DNA of 64,000 nt from Hypanus sabinus. Its lineage: Eukaryota. Positions within the stretch are counted from its first letter, which is position 1. Each line of letters begins with the position of its first letter. The stretch is from positions 104,966,001 through 105,030,000 of the forward strand of contig NC_082717.1 in the NCBI RefSeq assembly GCF_030144855.1. Direction: 5' to 3'. Under the pieces are notes generated by a model, which did not search any database, was not told where the DNA came from, and worked only from the letters and a program-made list of their open reading frames with translations. Of the stretch, positions 39,935-52,664 are shown piece by piece. The position numbers and the translations under genes were made by a program.

Positions 39935-40580
39935 AGCATACTTACTTTTATTAGCTGAGGCACTGAGTTCAAAAGTCAAGAGATTATCCTGCAACTTCAT
40001 ACGTTAGGCCATGTCTGCAGTACTGCACATAGCTCGGTGTGCAATACTTCCCCACAACAGGGAGGATGTTGAGGCTTTGGAGAGGGTGCAGAAGAGGTTT
40101 ACTAGGATGCTGCCTGGTTTAGAGGGCTTGTGCTGTCATGGGAGGATGGACAAACTTGGGTTGTTTTTTCTGGAGCGATGGAGGCTGAGGGGAGATCTGA
40201 TACAGGTTTGTAAGATTAGGAGAGGCAGAGATAGAGAAGACAAGGGGTATCTTTCTCCCAGGGCAGAAATGGCTAATACCAGAGAGCATGCATTAAACGT
40301 GAGAGGGGTAGGTTCAAAAAGGATGTGAGGGGTAAGTTTTTTTTAAACTCAAAGGATGGAAGATGCCTGGAATACAGTGTCTGGTATGGTGACAGACACA
40401 AATACACTAAAGGTTTTTAAGAGACCTTTAGATAGGTACATGAATGTGAGGAAGCTGGAGGGCCATTGACATTGTGTAAGTAGAAGGGATTACTTTTTGG
40501 GGTTTTAAAAAATTTACTTTTTAGCTGGCTTAGCATAACATTGTGGGCCGAAGGGCCTGTTTCTATGCTGTAATATTCTA
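39935..40580 (+). mobile_element. CR1 LINE 3' fragment
   Basis: REDVEALERVQKRFTRMLPGL...LGLFFLERWRLRGDLI. Confidence 0.85.
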
Positions 40581-41279
40581 CGTCTAAGGCACGTGAGAAT
40601 ACATTCCAGGGAATTAAACAGGGCAATGGATTGCTCAGAGCTAGTGGGCCAAATGGCCTCCTCTGAGGGGAAAACAGATTACAATCCTGAAATACCATGA
40701 ATGGGTAACAACAGGTGCAATTTCACCTTGTGACATTTTAAAGCTAAATATTGGAAAACAACTATCACAAACATAGGCTTCCACAAAAATTTAATTTTCA
40801 TTTCTCTGTTGATGTATTTCAATGAACTTCAATTCCGTAACAGGATAAACAAAAGTACCTGAAACTATAATCTAAATTACAGAGATCAGATAGTTTCTTT
40901 TAAAATAGAGGTAGATACTATTGAACAAACAGAACAAAATTTTTAATTAGGGCAGTGAATCTGGCAGTAAGTGACATTAGTTCAATGGCTTCATGGTCAT
41001 ATTTTGCCACAACGTGAAATAAGAAATGAGATCTATTGACAACTATACCTGGAATTGTCCGTAAATCTATTCCAATGGAAAAAGTAATGAAGTTTCTGAT
41101 CCAAGATCAAATTCACAGCCTGTTCATGGCTCCAATGTGGGCTAAAGTTCACAGTGAAAGGAAGGAAAGGGAGTGCTATTTACCTCACCATAACCCACCT
41201 CGACCCCACCAAACAAAAGTACATGATCACAAACAGATTTGAACAAGTAAGCAGCCATTAGTTTAAAAATAAAAGACCA

Positions 41280-42200
41280 GAGGCCGAGGGGGGCTTACCA
41301 TTCGAGGAGGCCTGAGACCGAGGGGACAATGACCACCCCCAGCTGGGATCACAGGGGGCTGCCCGGTACACCCAAGGGTCAGGTGGCCGGTTATAGGAAG
41401 GTATTTTCACCGCCTTCTCTGGCGGCAAGTTCGCTCCCCGTTCCCGGTACTCCCTGCAAGACCGGAGGATAGTGACCCGCCCGGCTTCCTCCGCAACTAC
41501 AGCTGTAGGCTTGGCTTGGCCATCCAGGGCCGGGCCCAGGCTCTCTCCCCACCCAACTCACAGCACTGACAAGCGGCGGCTCTCACCTTCCAGCAGCTGG
41601 CTTCTCCTTCCCGCCATTTTCCTCAGTCGGCCGGCACAAGGCGCCCGCAGCGGCCGCGGCCCATCTCAGCCTGGGGCCCGGGCCTCCTCACCCTCACCCT
41701 CGGCCGCGCCTGGGGACCTGCGTCAGCCGAGCCGAGCCGAGCCGCCCGCCGGAGAGGGTGGGAAGCGAAGAGGGGCGGAAGCGGGGACGATGTCCTGTGA
41801 CCGGTGACAAAAGGCCGAGCGCCTGCTCCCGGGCTGCCAGCACTGCGCACCACCCAGCCGGCGGCTGCGGGGCGGTTCAGCCTCTGTACTCACGACGGGA
41901 AGGGAGAGGCCGGGGGAGGAGGGGAAGCGATGCTGCAGGTGTGAGGCCACTACCCCCCGCCCCAGAACTTGCTGAGGACGCAGCAACCTCCCAGCCTGGG
42001 TGCTCGGCTCACTGCCGCCGCCGCCGCCGCACCCGTCAGCTGGCCACCTGCTTCAGCGGGCAGCCCCAGCCCTCCACTTGTCGGCCAGTTCCTCAGCTGC
42101 ACCCCCCCCCCCCCGCTTCCTTACTTCCTTCCTTCTTTCCCCCTTTACCTGCCAGGTGCAAGCGCCCAAAATCCTTGTTCAAAGCATTCCACCACCCTCC
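41280..42200 (-). promoter_or_regulatory. CpG island / promoter and 5' UTR of the SENP-family gene
   Basis: Sharp GC/CpG rise in an AT-rich background; GGGGCGGAAG (GC box/ETS) at 41772; YY1-like AAAATGGCG overlapping the ATG; GCC run near 42014. Confidence 0.85.
41587..41617 (-). CDS. SENP6/SENP7: SENP6/SENP7-family SUMO protease, coding exon 1 (MAGRRSQLLE + G)
   Basis: gaggaaaATGG Kozak context; 31 nt then GAAG|gtgaga donor in phase 1; joining exon 2 gives LLEALDR, like SENP6 FLEALAR whose exon 1 also ends after LE (recalled). Confidence 0.8.
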
Positions 42201-43229
42201 CTCCCTTTATTTATAAAGAAAATTTCAATAACGGGGGAAGAAAAAATAAGTTTCCCTCTCTTTCACAATGCAGCTTTTGCATCTGAAGTGCTGCCTGAAG
42301 AGGAATGGATCTGAAAACTTTCCCCTGGAATTAAGATTCTTCTGGACATTGGCCCGACCAAGATATATACTGAGTCCTAATTTTATTTCCCATATAAAGT
42401 ATAATTTCTAATGTACTTCTAACGATAAAGGATAGTGAAACAACACTTCCACCAAACCTGCTTCATTTCTTCAAGAGAAAGATCTACTATTGGTGACTAT
42501 CTTCAATTGCCTTTAATCTCTCTCAACTTTCCTCCACTCTCCCAAGACTAATATAAAATCCACATTTAAAGTTCATCCAGTCATAAGAAATAGAAAATCA
42601 GGCCATTTAGGCTGATGTATCTGCTCCACTATTCTTCAAGCTTATGCAAGATGTTTAATGCCATTTCCAGTACACAACTGTAAAGGAGAACAAAATAATT
42701 ATTACTGCAACACAAAAAAAAAGAAACCACACAACAACAATAATAATAATAAAAAACAATAAATACAATTATGTAAGATAATTCAGCTACATATAGTTTA
42801 TTTATATGTCCATAAAGTGACGCTAGTAACAGGAGCGTCTGTACATAATGCTACTGACAGGAAATTTTAAAATAGTGATGTTTGGGGCATGTGGAAGTGT
42901 TGATCAGACTTTCTTTTTTGGGAAAGTAATTGTTTTTGAGTCTGATGGCCCTGGCATGGATGCTATGTCGCCTCCTCAATGATGGGAATGGGACAAACAG
43001 TCCATGAGTGGGATCCTTCATGATGTTACTGAAGACATTTGTCTCATCTCAGTCCTGAAGGGTTTACTCCTTAATTTGAACCATTTTCCCTTATCTTAGA
43101 TACTTCAATTTGGTAAAATGTCCTCCATCCATTCAGACCGTCAAGCCCTTTGTAAGTGTCAATAAGATCTTTCAAACTCCTAGACTCCAGGGAACAGAGT
43201 CCTGCTCTATTCAATTTTTTCTCTCAATG

Positions 43230-44295
43230 CCAGAAAACTCTCACTAAATTCCAGTAAGACCAAAGAAATGGTTATAGACTTCAGGGAGCGGGAAATCAGA
43301 GATCTATGTGAGGATCAAAAGTGGAGAGGGTCAGCAACTTTAAATTCTGGGTGTTGCTATTTCAGAGGATCTGTCCTGGACCCAGCATACAAATGTAATT
43401 GCAAAGAATACACGACAGCACCTCTGCTTCCTTAGGAGTCTGTGGAGATTCAGCATTACCTCTAAAACTTTGACAAACTTTTATAGATGGTTAGTGGAGA
43501 ATGTATTGACTGGCTGCATCACATCCTGGTATGGAAACACCAACGCCTTTGAAAAGAAAATCCTACAAGGTAGTGAATTCGGCCCAATACATCTCGGGTA
43601 AAGCTCTCCCGACCACTGAGTCTAGCTACACGAAACACTGTCCTGTCACAGGAAAGCAGCATCCATCATCAGAGATCCCCACCCCATGCTCTTTTCTCGC
43701 TGCTACAACCAGGTAGAAGGTACAGGTGCCTCAGGACCTGCACCACTACATTCAAGAACAGTTACTATCAACCATCATGCTGTTAAATAAAAGGAGATAA
43801 CTACACTCACTTGCCCCATTATTGAAATGTTCCTCCAACCAATGGTCTCACTTTAAGGACTCTTTATCTCAGTATCTGTGGTGAACTATGTGCCTGTCGG
43901 GACACGCCCCTGCTGACTGCTCCTGTGGCTCCTCCCACAGGCCCCTGTATAAGGGAGACCTGCGGCCTGAAGATCGGCCTCAGTCTCCAGGACCTTGTAT
44001 GATAGACACTCACTCCTGGTTCCTTCTTCCAGTCAATAAAAGCCGATATCTCGCCTACGTCTCAGTGTGAGTTATTGATGGTGCATCAGTATCTCATGTT
44101 CTTGTTATTTATTGTTGCTTATTTATATTTGCATTTGCACAGTTTGTTGTCTTCTGCACTCTGGTTGATCTTACATTGATCCTGTTACAGTTACTATTCT
44201 GTAGATTTGCTGAGTATGCCCACAGGAAAATGAATCTCAGGCTTGTATATCGTGACACATATGTACTTTGATAGTAAAATTTACTTTGAACTTTA
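43230..44295 (+). mobile_element. Rex1/Babar-type LINE 3' fragment with tail, interrupted by a solo LTR
   Basis: KTKEMVIDFR, VENVLTGCITSWYGN motifs; tail TTTACTTTGAACTTT. Confidence 0.75.
43877..44088 (+). mobile_element. Solo LTR (212 bp) with 5-bp TSD
   Basis: TGTGGTG...TGCATCA; TSD GTATC at 43872-43876 and 44089-44093; TATAAG and AATAAA inside. Confidence 0.88.
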
Positions 44296-46859
44296 ACATG
44301 ACAAACTTGACATCCCTGGAATCAGTCCAGTAAATGTTTCAGTGAAAGAAATAACAACAGGGCACAGAAAGAGATATTGGAAGGCATGCAAGGTCTGGGT
44401 TTCAAGGAAGTGGGAGGGTTGGGGAAGTTTAATTGTTCAATTTACTATAAGATTACAGGTATGTAAGGTTATTGGTACATCTCACTTGAGAGACAGTTGC
44501 TTTTACTGTCCCATTCCCTTCACAATTCTAGCAACCATAGATCAAGGGAAGTTATCCCCTCTGTTCAAGAACCTGATGGCTGTTGGTAATAACTGCTCCT
44601 GAACCTGGTGGTGTGGTTCCTGAGGATCCTGCACCTTCTTCCTGATTGCAGCAGCGAGAAGAGAACGTGGCCTGGCCTAGGTTCTGGGGATCCTTGATGA
44701 TGGATGCTGCTTTCCTCCTTTGCTCCTTTAAATTTCAACATAAATGTTATTTATCGAAGTACTTATATGCCTCCGTATACAACCCTGAGATCCATTTCAT
44801 TTTCTTGCAGCCATTCTCAGCAAATCTGTAGACAGTAACTATAACAGGAACAATGAAAGATCAACCAGAATGCAGAAGGCAACAAACTGTGCAAAAGCCA
44901 ATAAAAATAAGCAGCAACAAATAACAAGAACATGAGATAATGAGTCCTTGAATTGAGATCATTGGCTGTGGGAACATCTCAATGATGGGGCAGGTGAGTG
45001 TAGCTACCCCTTTTGTTTAAGAGCCTGATGGTTGTGGGGTGCTGAACCTGGTATTACATGTCCTGAGGCTCTTGTACCTTCTACCTGATGGCAGCAGTGG
45101 GAAACAGAACATCTACATGAAGCTCTGTTGCAGGAAAAGTTTGGTAAGACCAGTTGTGATGTATGTTCATTCATTGTGTGCTGTGTTGTGTGACATGGGC
45201 GAACATGCTCTTTCCGTGACCATGATTGTTCTTGGCAAACTTTTCTACAGAAATGATTTGTATTGCCGCCTTCTGCGCAGTGTCTTTACAAGATGGGTAA
45301 CCCCAGTCATAATCGATACTCTTCAGAGGTTGTCTATCTGGCATCAGTGGTCACATGAGAGGTGACCCGATGGAACAAAGGTAAGGAGGAATTTTTTGTA
45401 GCCAGTGAGTAGTGAATCTGTGGAGGGCAAGACCATGGTTATGCTTAAAGTGAAAATTAATCTGATTGGTCAGGGCATCAGAGGCAAGAAGGCAGTTATA
45501 TGGGGTTGAGTGGGATCTGGGATCAGCCATGATGGAATGGTGGAGCAGACTCGGTGGGCTGAATGGCCAAACTCTGCTTCTGTGTCTTATGATCTTATGA
45601 CTTACCAGGACTTGTGATGTACTCCGGCTGGTCCCATGGCTTCACGATACACCTTGCCCAAGGGTGACCTGAGGACAGTAGAGGAAAAGACAGCCTTACA
45701 ACTCCTTTGTTAGAAACATATCCCCACCCCATCACCCATGATGGAATAGGGTGCATATAACAAGGATCATACAGTACTCATGGGAGTCTTTAATCTACTT
45801 TGGTACTGTAAGAAAATGAGTTCCTGGAACGTCAATAGGATGCATTTCTAGATCAATATGTTGTTGAATTGAGGTGGGCACAGGCTATTTCAGATCGTGC
45901 AATGAGAAAGGGCCAGTTAATAGTCTTGCTATAAAGCTACCCCAAGGAGAGAGCGACCATAATATTATGGAATTTTACATTAAATTCAGTCTGAATGCAG
46001 GGTTTTAAATCTAAACAAAGGAGTCTATAAAGGAAAAAGAGATTAAGACTGGCTGTGGTCAATTGGGAGAGTGCATTAAAGGGTGACATTGGACAGACAA
46101 TGGCTAGCAATTCCAGTAAGTATACTTATCAGAAGAGTTCCAAGCGTGGATTACAGGAGAAGGTAAGAAAAAGGTTTATCAAAAAGCAATTCAGCAGAAG
46201 AGGATGAACAAGTTGATAAAGAAAACAGAGTATGCAGATAAACTAGTGAGAAACATAACAGCAGATTATCAGAGCTTCTACAGATTTTAAAAAGGAGAGG
46301 ACGAGCAGGGACAAAAGTGAGTTATTTACTGTGACTGAAGAACTAGGTTTCCCCCTTCTCACTTGTTGACGATGAGAAAGGTTACAACTTCTGTTTGGTG
46401 CAAACCAAGATAAACTCAGATTGAGGCAAGCAGTTTAACATCATAAGCTGATCAGAGTCCTGTTTCTCAGTCAGGACAATAGGCAAAAAGCTTGGGAGTA
46501 TGTACCACAAGGTTCAAGGGCAGCTTCTATTTTCCACCGTTATTAAACTCTTTCATGGACCTCTCAAATACACTAAGATAAACTCTTGATCTCTCAGTCC
46601 ACCTTGTTGTGGCACTTGCAATCTATTTGTCTATCTGATCTGCATTTTCTTTGTAACTGTGACACTAAATTTTCACTACCTCAGAGTTCCTACATTTGGG
46701 ATGATCATCCTGGAAGCATGCAAAGCAAAAGCTTTTCAGTGTATCTCATGAGGCAATAATAGTCCGGTGCTAGTGCCATTGTCACTACTGTCTGGAGATG
46801 ATGAACTTCACAGTGTAGCCATAGATCAGTTCCACATATAAAGTGAAGATGACGAGCTG

Positions 46860-48305
46860 AGGGATTCCTCCAGACGGCATCCCAGGAGTACTCAGGATGT
46901 GTGCAGCACAGCTGGCAGGTGTGTTTACAGACATTTTTAATTTCTCCCTCTCCCAGTGTAGAGTGCCCTCCTGCTTCAAAACATCCACCGTTAACCCTGT
47001 ACCTAAAAAAGCCAAGGTAACATCTGTCACACTCATCTCAATAATAAGCAAATGCTTTGAGAGGCTGGTCAAGGATTACATCTGCAGTATGCTGCCACCC
47101 AAACTTGACCCCCCTACAATTCGCCTACTGACACAACCAATCGACAGATGACATAATACCCACAGCTCTACACACCGTCCTTAAGCATCTGGAGAGGAGG
47201 GATGCTTATATGAGAAGGCTGTTCTTGGACTACAGTTCAGCATTCAACACCATAATTCTCTCTAGGCTCGACAAGAAGCTCAGAGACCTCGGCCTTCACC
47301 CTGCCTTGTGCAGCTGGATCCTGGACTTCCTGTCAGATCACCGGCAGGTGGTAAGAGTGGGCTCCCTCACCTCTGCCCCTCTGACTCTCAACACAGCTGT
47401 CCCTCAGGGTTGTGTCCTGAGCCCCCTCCTATATACTCTCTGTATACCCATGATGGTGTCGCCACCCACAGCTCCAATCTGCTAATTAAATTTGCTGCTG
47501 ACACTACACTGATTGGCCTAATCTCAAATAATAAAGAGGCAGCCAACAGAGAGGAAGTCATCATCCTGACACAGTGGTGTCAAGAAACAACTTCTCCCTC
47601 AATGTGGACTACAGGAGAAATGGAGACAAATTAACCCCTATAAACATCAATGGATCTGGGGTCAAGAGTATGAACAGCTCTACGTTTCTCAGCATAAACA
47701 TCACTGAGGACCTCACGTGATCTGTACATACCGGCTGTGTGGTGAAAAAGGCACAACAGCACCTCTTTCATCTCAGACAGTTGAAGAAGTTTGGTATGGC
47801 CCCCCAAATTAAGAACTTTCATTAGGGAGAAAGTTGAGAGCATCCTGACTGGCTGCATCACTGCCTGGTATGGGAATTGTACTTCCCTCAATTGCAGGAC
47901 TCTGCAGAGAGTGGTACAGACAGCCCAGCGCATCTGTGGATGTGAACTTCCCTCTATTCAGGACATTTACAAAGACAGGTGTGTAAAAAGGGCCCGAAGA
48001 ATCATTGGGGACCCGAGTCACCCCAACCACAAACTGTTCCGGCTGCTACCATCCGGGAAATGGTACCGCAGCAAAAAAGCCAGGAACAACAGGCTCCGGG
48101 ACAACTTCTTCCACCAGGCCATCAGACTGATTAACTCATGCTGACACAACTGTATTTCTATGTTATATTGACTATCCTGTTGTACATAAAATTTATTATA
48201 AATTACTATAATTGCACATTGTACATTTGAACGGAGACATAACATAAAGGTTTTTACTCTTCATGTATATGGATGATGTAAGTAATAAAGTCAATTCAAT
48301 TCTAT
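46860..48305 (+). mobile_element. Rex1/Babar LINE, RT domain to 3' end (frameshifted)
   Basis: [59 protein letters not shown]; tail AATAAAGTCAATTCAATTC. Confidence 0.9.
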
Positions 48306-48784
48306 TCATTTCATTGGCATAAGCATGCATTTTTTTGCTGTTCTTCCACTGAGGAAGTTCTGTAATGGTAGAGATGTCATTCTGTGGATGAGGCATTATA
48401 TCTCAGTCTGACAGCTCTTTTAGATGTCTGTGGGATCAATGGCCCTTCCCACCTGTAAGCACAGGAAGTGAGTAACAATGATTTATTTGACTGTGGAGCA
48501 CATTGCAACTGGGACACATTGTTTTGAGTTGTCATAGAATCAAAAAATCATAGAGTTGTATTGCATGAAGACAGACCATCCATTCCAATGCTCATGCTAA
48601 TCAGTGTCTGAGCTATTCCATTTGATTGTGCTTGGCCCATATCCCCATATCCCTCTGGACCTTTTCTATCGTACCTGCCCAAATGCCTTTTAAACATTGT
48701 AAATGTACCCACCTCTCCAGTTTTTTCTGGCAGATCATTCCATATACATGCTACTTCTGCGTGGAAGAAGTTGTCCCTCAAGCC

Positions 48785-49715
48785 ACTGGGTCACTAAACT
48801 GAGTGGAAAGGCAAATTGTACAGAGGATGTGGAGAGTCTGCAGAGGGATATAGATAGGTTAAGTGAGTGGGCCAAGGTCTAGCAGATGAAATACAACATT
48901 GGTAAATGTGAGATCGTCCACTTTGGAAGGAATAATAAAAGAGCAGATTATTATTTAAATGGTGAAAGATTGCAGCATGCTGTTGTGCAGAGGAACTTGG
49001 GAGTGCTTGTTCATGAATCGCAATAAGTTGGCTTGCAGGTACAACAGGTTGTTAAGAAGGCAAAAGGAATGTTGGCCTTCATTGCTAGAGGGATTGAATT
49101 CAAGAGCAGGGAGGTCATGCTGCAACTATACAGGGTACTGGTGAGGCCGCACCTGGAGTGCTGTGTGCAGTTCTGGTCTCCATACTTGAAGGATATACTG
49201 GCTTTGGAGGCAGTACAGAGGAGGTTCACCATGTTGATTCCAGGGATGAAGGAGTTAACCCATGAGGAGAGATTGAGTCGCCTGGGACTATACTCTCTGG
49301 AATTCAGAAGAATGAGAGGGATTTTATAGAAACATACAAAATTTTGAAAGGGATAGATAAGATAGAAGTAGGAAAGTTGTTTCCATTGGTAGGTGAGACT
49401 AGAACTAGGGGAAATGGCCTCAAGATTCAGGGCAGAAGATTTGGGACAGAGATGAGGAAAAACTGTTTTTCCCAGAGAGTGGTGAATCTGTGGAATTCTC
49501 CGCCCAGGGAAGCAGTTGAGGCTTCTTCACTAAATATATTTAAGATACAGTTAGATAGGTTTTTACATAGTAGGGGAATTAAGGCTTATGAGGAAAAGGC
49601 AAGTAGATGTAGCTGAGTTTATGGACAGATCAGCCATGATCTTTTTGAATGGTGGTGCAGGCTCAATGGGCCGGATGGCCTACTCCTGCTCCTATTTATG
49701 TTCTTATGTTATGTT
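48785..49715 (+). mobile_element. CR1 LINE 3' ~0.9 kb
   Basis: KAKGMLAFIARGIEFKSREVMLQLYRVLVRPHLE...FSQRVVNLWN; tail TTATGTTCTTATGTT. Confidence 0.92.
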
Positions 49716-49835
49716 CAATGGTTGCCCCATATCTGAGCAATCCTAATGTGCATTTAATTTCCATGTATTCAGTCTCCAAGATCTTCCTTCCATTCTGCCG
49801 GTCAAGAATTGCCAACTAGTAAGGCTCTACCAAAT

Positions 49836-50375
49836 TGGCCCATTCCCATTCTGATATGTCTGTCCATGGCCTCCTCTACTGTCAAGATGAAGCCACACTC
49901 AGGTTGGAGGAACAACACCTTATATACCGGCTGGGTAGCCTCCAATCTGATGGCATGAACATTGACTTCTCTAACTTCCATTAATGCCCCTCCTCCCCTT
50001 CTTACCCCATCCCTGATACGTTTAGTTTTTTTCCTCTCTTTTTGCCCATCACTCTGCCTGTTCTCCATTTCCCTCTGGTGCTCCCCTCCCCCCTTCTTTC
50101 TCCCTAGTAGGCCTCCTGTCCCATGATCCTTTCCCTTCTCCAGCTCTGTATCCCTTTTGCCAATCATCTTTCTGGCTCTTCGCTTCACCCACCCCCTCCG
50201 GTCTTCTCCTATCATTTCGCATTTTCACCTCCCCCTCCTACTTTCAAATCTCTTGCTATCTTTCCTTTCAGTTAGTGCTGACGAAGGGTCTCAGCCCGAA
50301 ATGTTGACAGTGCTTCTCCCTATAGATGCTGCCTGGTCTGCTGTGTTCCTCCAGCATTTTGTGTGTGTTGCTTGA
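49836..50375 (+). mobile_element. Penelope-like element 3' end (GIY-YIG C-terminus, pyrimidine-rich UTR, pseudo-LTR)
   Basis: Encodes HSHSDMSVHGLLYCQDEATLRLEEQHLIYRLGSLQSDGMNIDFSNF, typical of the vertebrate PLE endonuclease C-terminus; not shown in the ORF track. Confidence 0.85.
50275..50308 (+). ncRNA. Minimal type I hammerhead ribozyme motif (best-preserved core in the window)
   Basis: CTGACGA (50278-50284), A-GGG-TCTCAG-CCC stem II, GAAA, TGTT, GAC; stems I and III carry point changes. Confidence 0.72.
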
Positions 50376-51649
50376 AATTCCCTAGTGTCAGCTTCTGCGA
50401 CAAAAGTTTGGCCCAGAAAACTGTCTGCTGGAGGAAATCTGAGCAACAACTGTGGCCCAGGTAGGAAATTATGAAGGCTTCAGCTAAAACTATACACGCT
50501 TCCCTTGCTACAGCAGTGATGCCAGAGAAATGGCGAGATGTGAATGAACCATTGTTTGAAAAGGGAGAAAGGGATAAACAGAGTAATTAAAGGACAGTTC
50601 CTTTTACTTCAGTTTGAACAAATTATTCAAATCCATTTCTGAGGCACAGACTGAACCTTAATTTAGAATGCACATCTTAATCAGGGCAATCAGAATGGTT
50701 TTGTTCATGGAAGATGATGTCTAATTTGGCTGTGTTCTCTGAGGAGGCAACAAAGAAGGTTGATACAAAGAGTCTACATGAAGTGATCAAATAACAAGTT
50801 TAGCCAAATTAAAGTAAGGCACTTCCATTTATACCCAAAAAATGAGCATAGAGGACTTCAAAATTAAGGTTTCAGCCCTGCCACTGCATTCCCACTGGAA
50901 TCTTCCTGGAAACAATTTAAGATTGCTCCCTATAATCAAGTGACTCAGAGATTTGCTGAAAGTAGGCAAGGGCCTTTCGCAGTTGTTCAATTCTTTTCAC
51001 TATTTGTGCGATTTGATTAAGGCATTTAAGGTTCTGCACGTGTGGCTTCCAGCCATTGGCACTCACCTGAACACTGCACTGACTCCATGACTACGGCCTG
51101 TAGCCACTGGGACCCGGGGCAGCTTCACTTGCCTCACTGCTGAACTGGCTCTGTGGCTGTGAACTCACCGTCGGGGACTCTGCGGTTAATGTTCCGTGTG
51201 TTTACTATGTTATTGTTTGCATGTCTGGTAGTGTGGGTATCTTTAATGGGGGCTATTTCGTTTCTTTGTTTTTTGGCTGCCTGCAAGAAGACAAATCTCA
51301 AGCTTGTATACAGTATACATACTCTGATAATAAATGTACTTTGAACTTTCATATGTGACAAGTACCCCCAAAATTATTCTTTGATAATGGACTCTAACGT
51401 CTTACCAACCACTGAAGTCAGGCTAACTGACCAATAATTCCCTGTCCTTTGCCTCCCTCCTTTTTAAAGAATGGTGTGTCGTTTGTGATTTTCTAGTCCT
51501 CCAGAATCATTACAGAATCGAGCGATTCTTGGAAGATCACTACTAATGACTCTACAATTCTCTTCAGTTACTTCTTTCAGAACCCTGGTGTGCAGTTTCT
51601 GTCCTTTCAGATTCCTAAGCACTTTCTTGTTAAGGTGGTGGGAAGGTGG

Positions 51650-52020
51650 GGTGAGTACAGACCTCTTGATCTCTAACATCTTTTATAAACCTACTGACTC
51701 TCATGGCTATCTTGAATATACCTCTTCCCACCCTGTCACCTGTAAAAATGGCATTACATTTTCTCAGTTCCTTTGCCTCTGCTGTATCCATTCCTGATGT
51801 GAGGCTTTCCTTTCCAGAACATCAGAAATGTCCTCCTTCTTCAATGGTTTCACCTTCCTCCACCAATGAGGCTACCCTTGCCTGCATCTCCTCCACTTCC
51901 AAGACATCCACCCTCACCCTATCTTCCAACCACCTTAGAGTTCCTCTTGTCCTTATCTAGTAGCCCATGAGCCTCAACATTCAGCACATCGTTCTCTGCA
52001 ACTTCCACCATCTTCAATAG
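51650..52020 (+). mobile_element. Penelope-like RT C-terminal fragment
   Basis: IFYKPTDSHGYLEYTSSHPVTCKNGITFSQFLCL, the conserved PLE RT thumb/linker motif. Confidence 0.8.
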
Positions 52021-52664
52021 GATCCTCGCAGTGCACTACACCCCCGACTTTGGTGTCATCCACAAATTGGCTGATTGGGCTTACCACCATATCATTCAGA
52101 TTGTTGATGTAGATGACAAACAACAACAGACCCAGCACTGAACCCTGCAGCACAGCATTAATCACGGGCCTCCAGTCAGAGAGGCAAGCATCTACCACCA
52201 CTCTCTGGCTTCTCCCTGCTCATCCGATTTACTACCTCACCTTGAATTCCAAGTGACTGAACCTTCGTGACCAACCTCCCGTGCGGGACCCTGTCAATAA
52301 CCTTGCTAAAGCCCATGTAGATATCATCCACTGCCTTGCCTTTATCAACTTTCATAGCAACTTCCTCGAAAAAACTCTATCAGATTGGTTAGACTTACCA
52401 AGCACAAAGACGTACAAGGCAAGATCTTCACAGAGAGTAGAAGGTATCTGGAAAGGGCTGCAGGGGATGTTGGTGGAAGTCAATACAATTGTTAAGAGGT
52501 TTTGAGATGGATATATGGAAGTGTAGGGAGGTGTTGGATTATGTGCAAGCAAGGAGAGATTTGCTTTAACTTGGGATTCTGTTCAGCACAGACATTGCGG
52601 GCCAAAGGGCCTGCTCCTCTGCTGTGGGGTTTGATGTTCCATGTCAAGCTCAAAGCTGTACACA

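Noticed and set aside
41472-42314. Several 77-152 aa ORFs in the CpG island
   Set aside because: Low-complexity GC-rich frames typical of CpG islands; only the 31-nt exon has splice and homology support.
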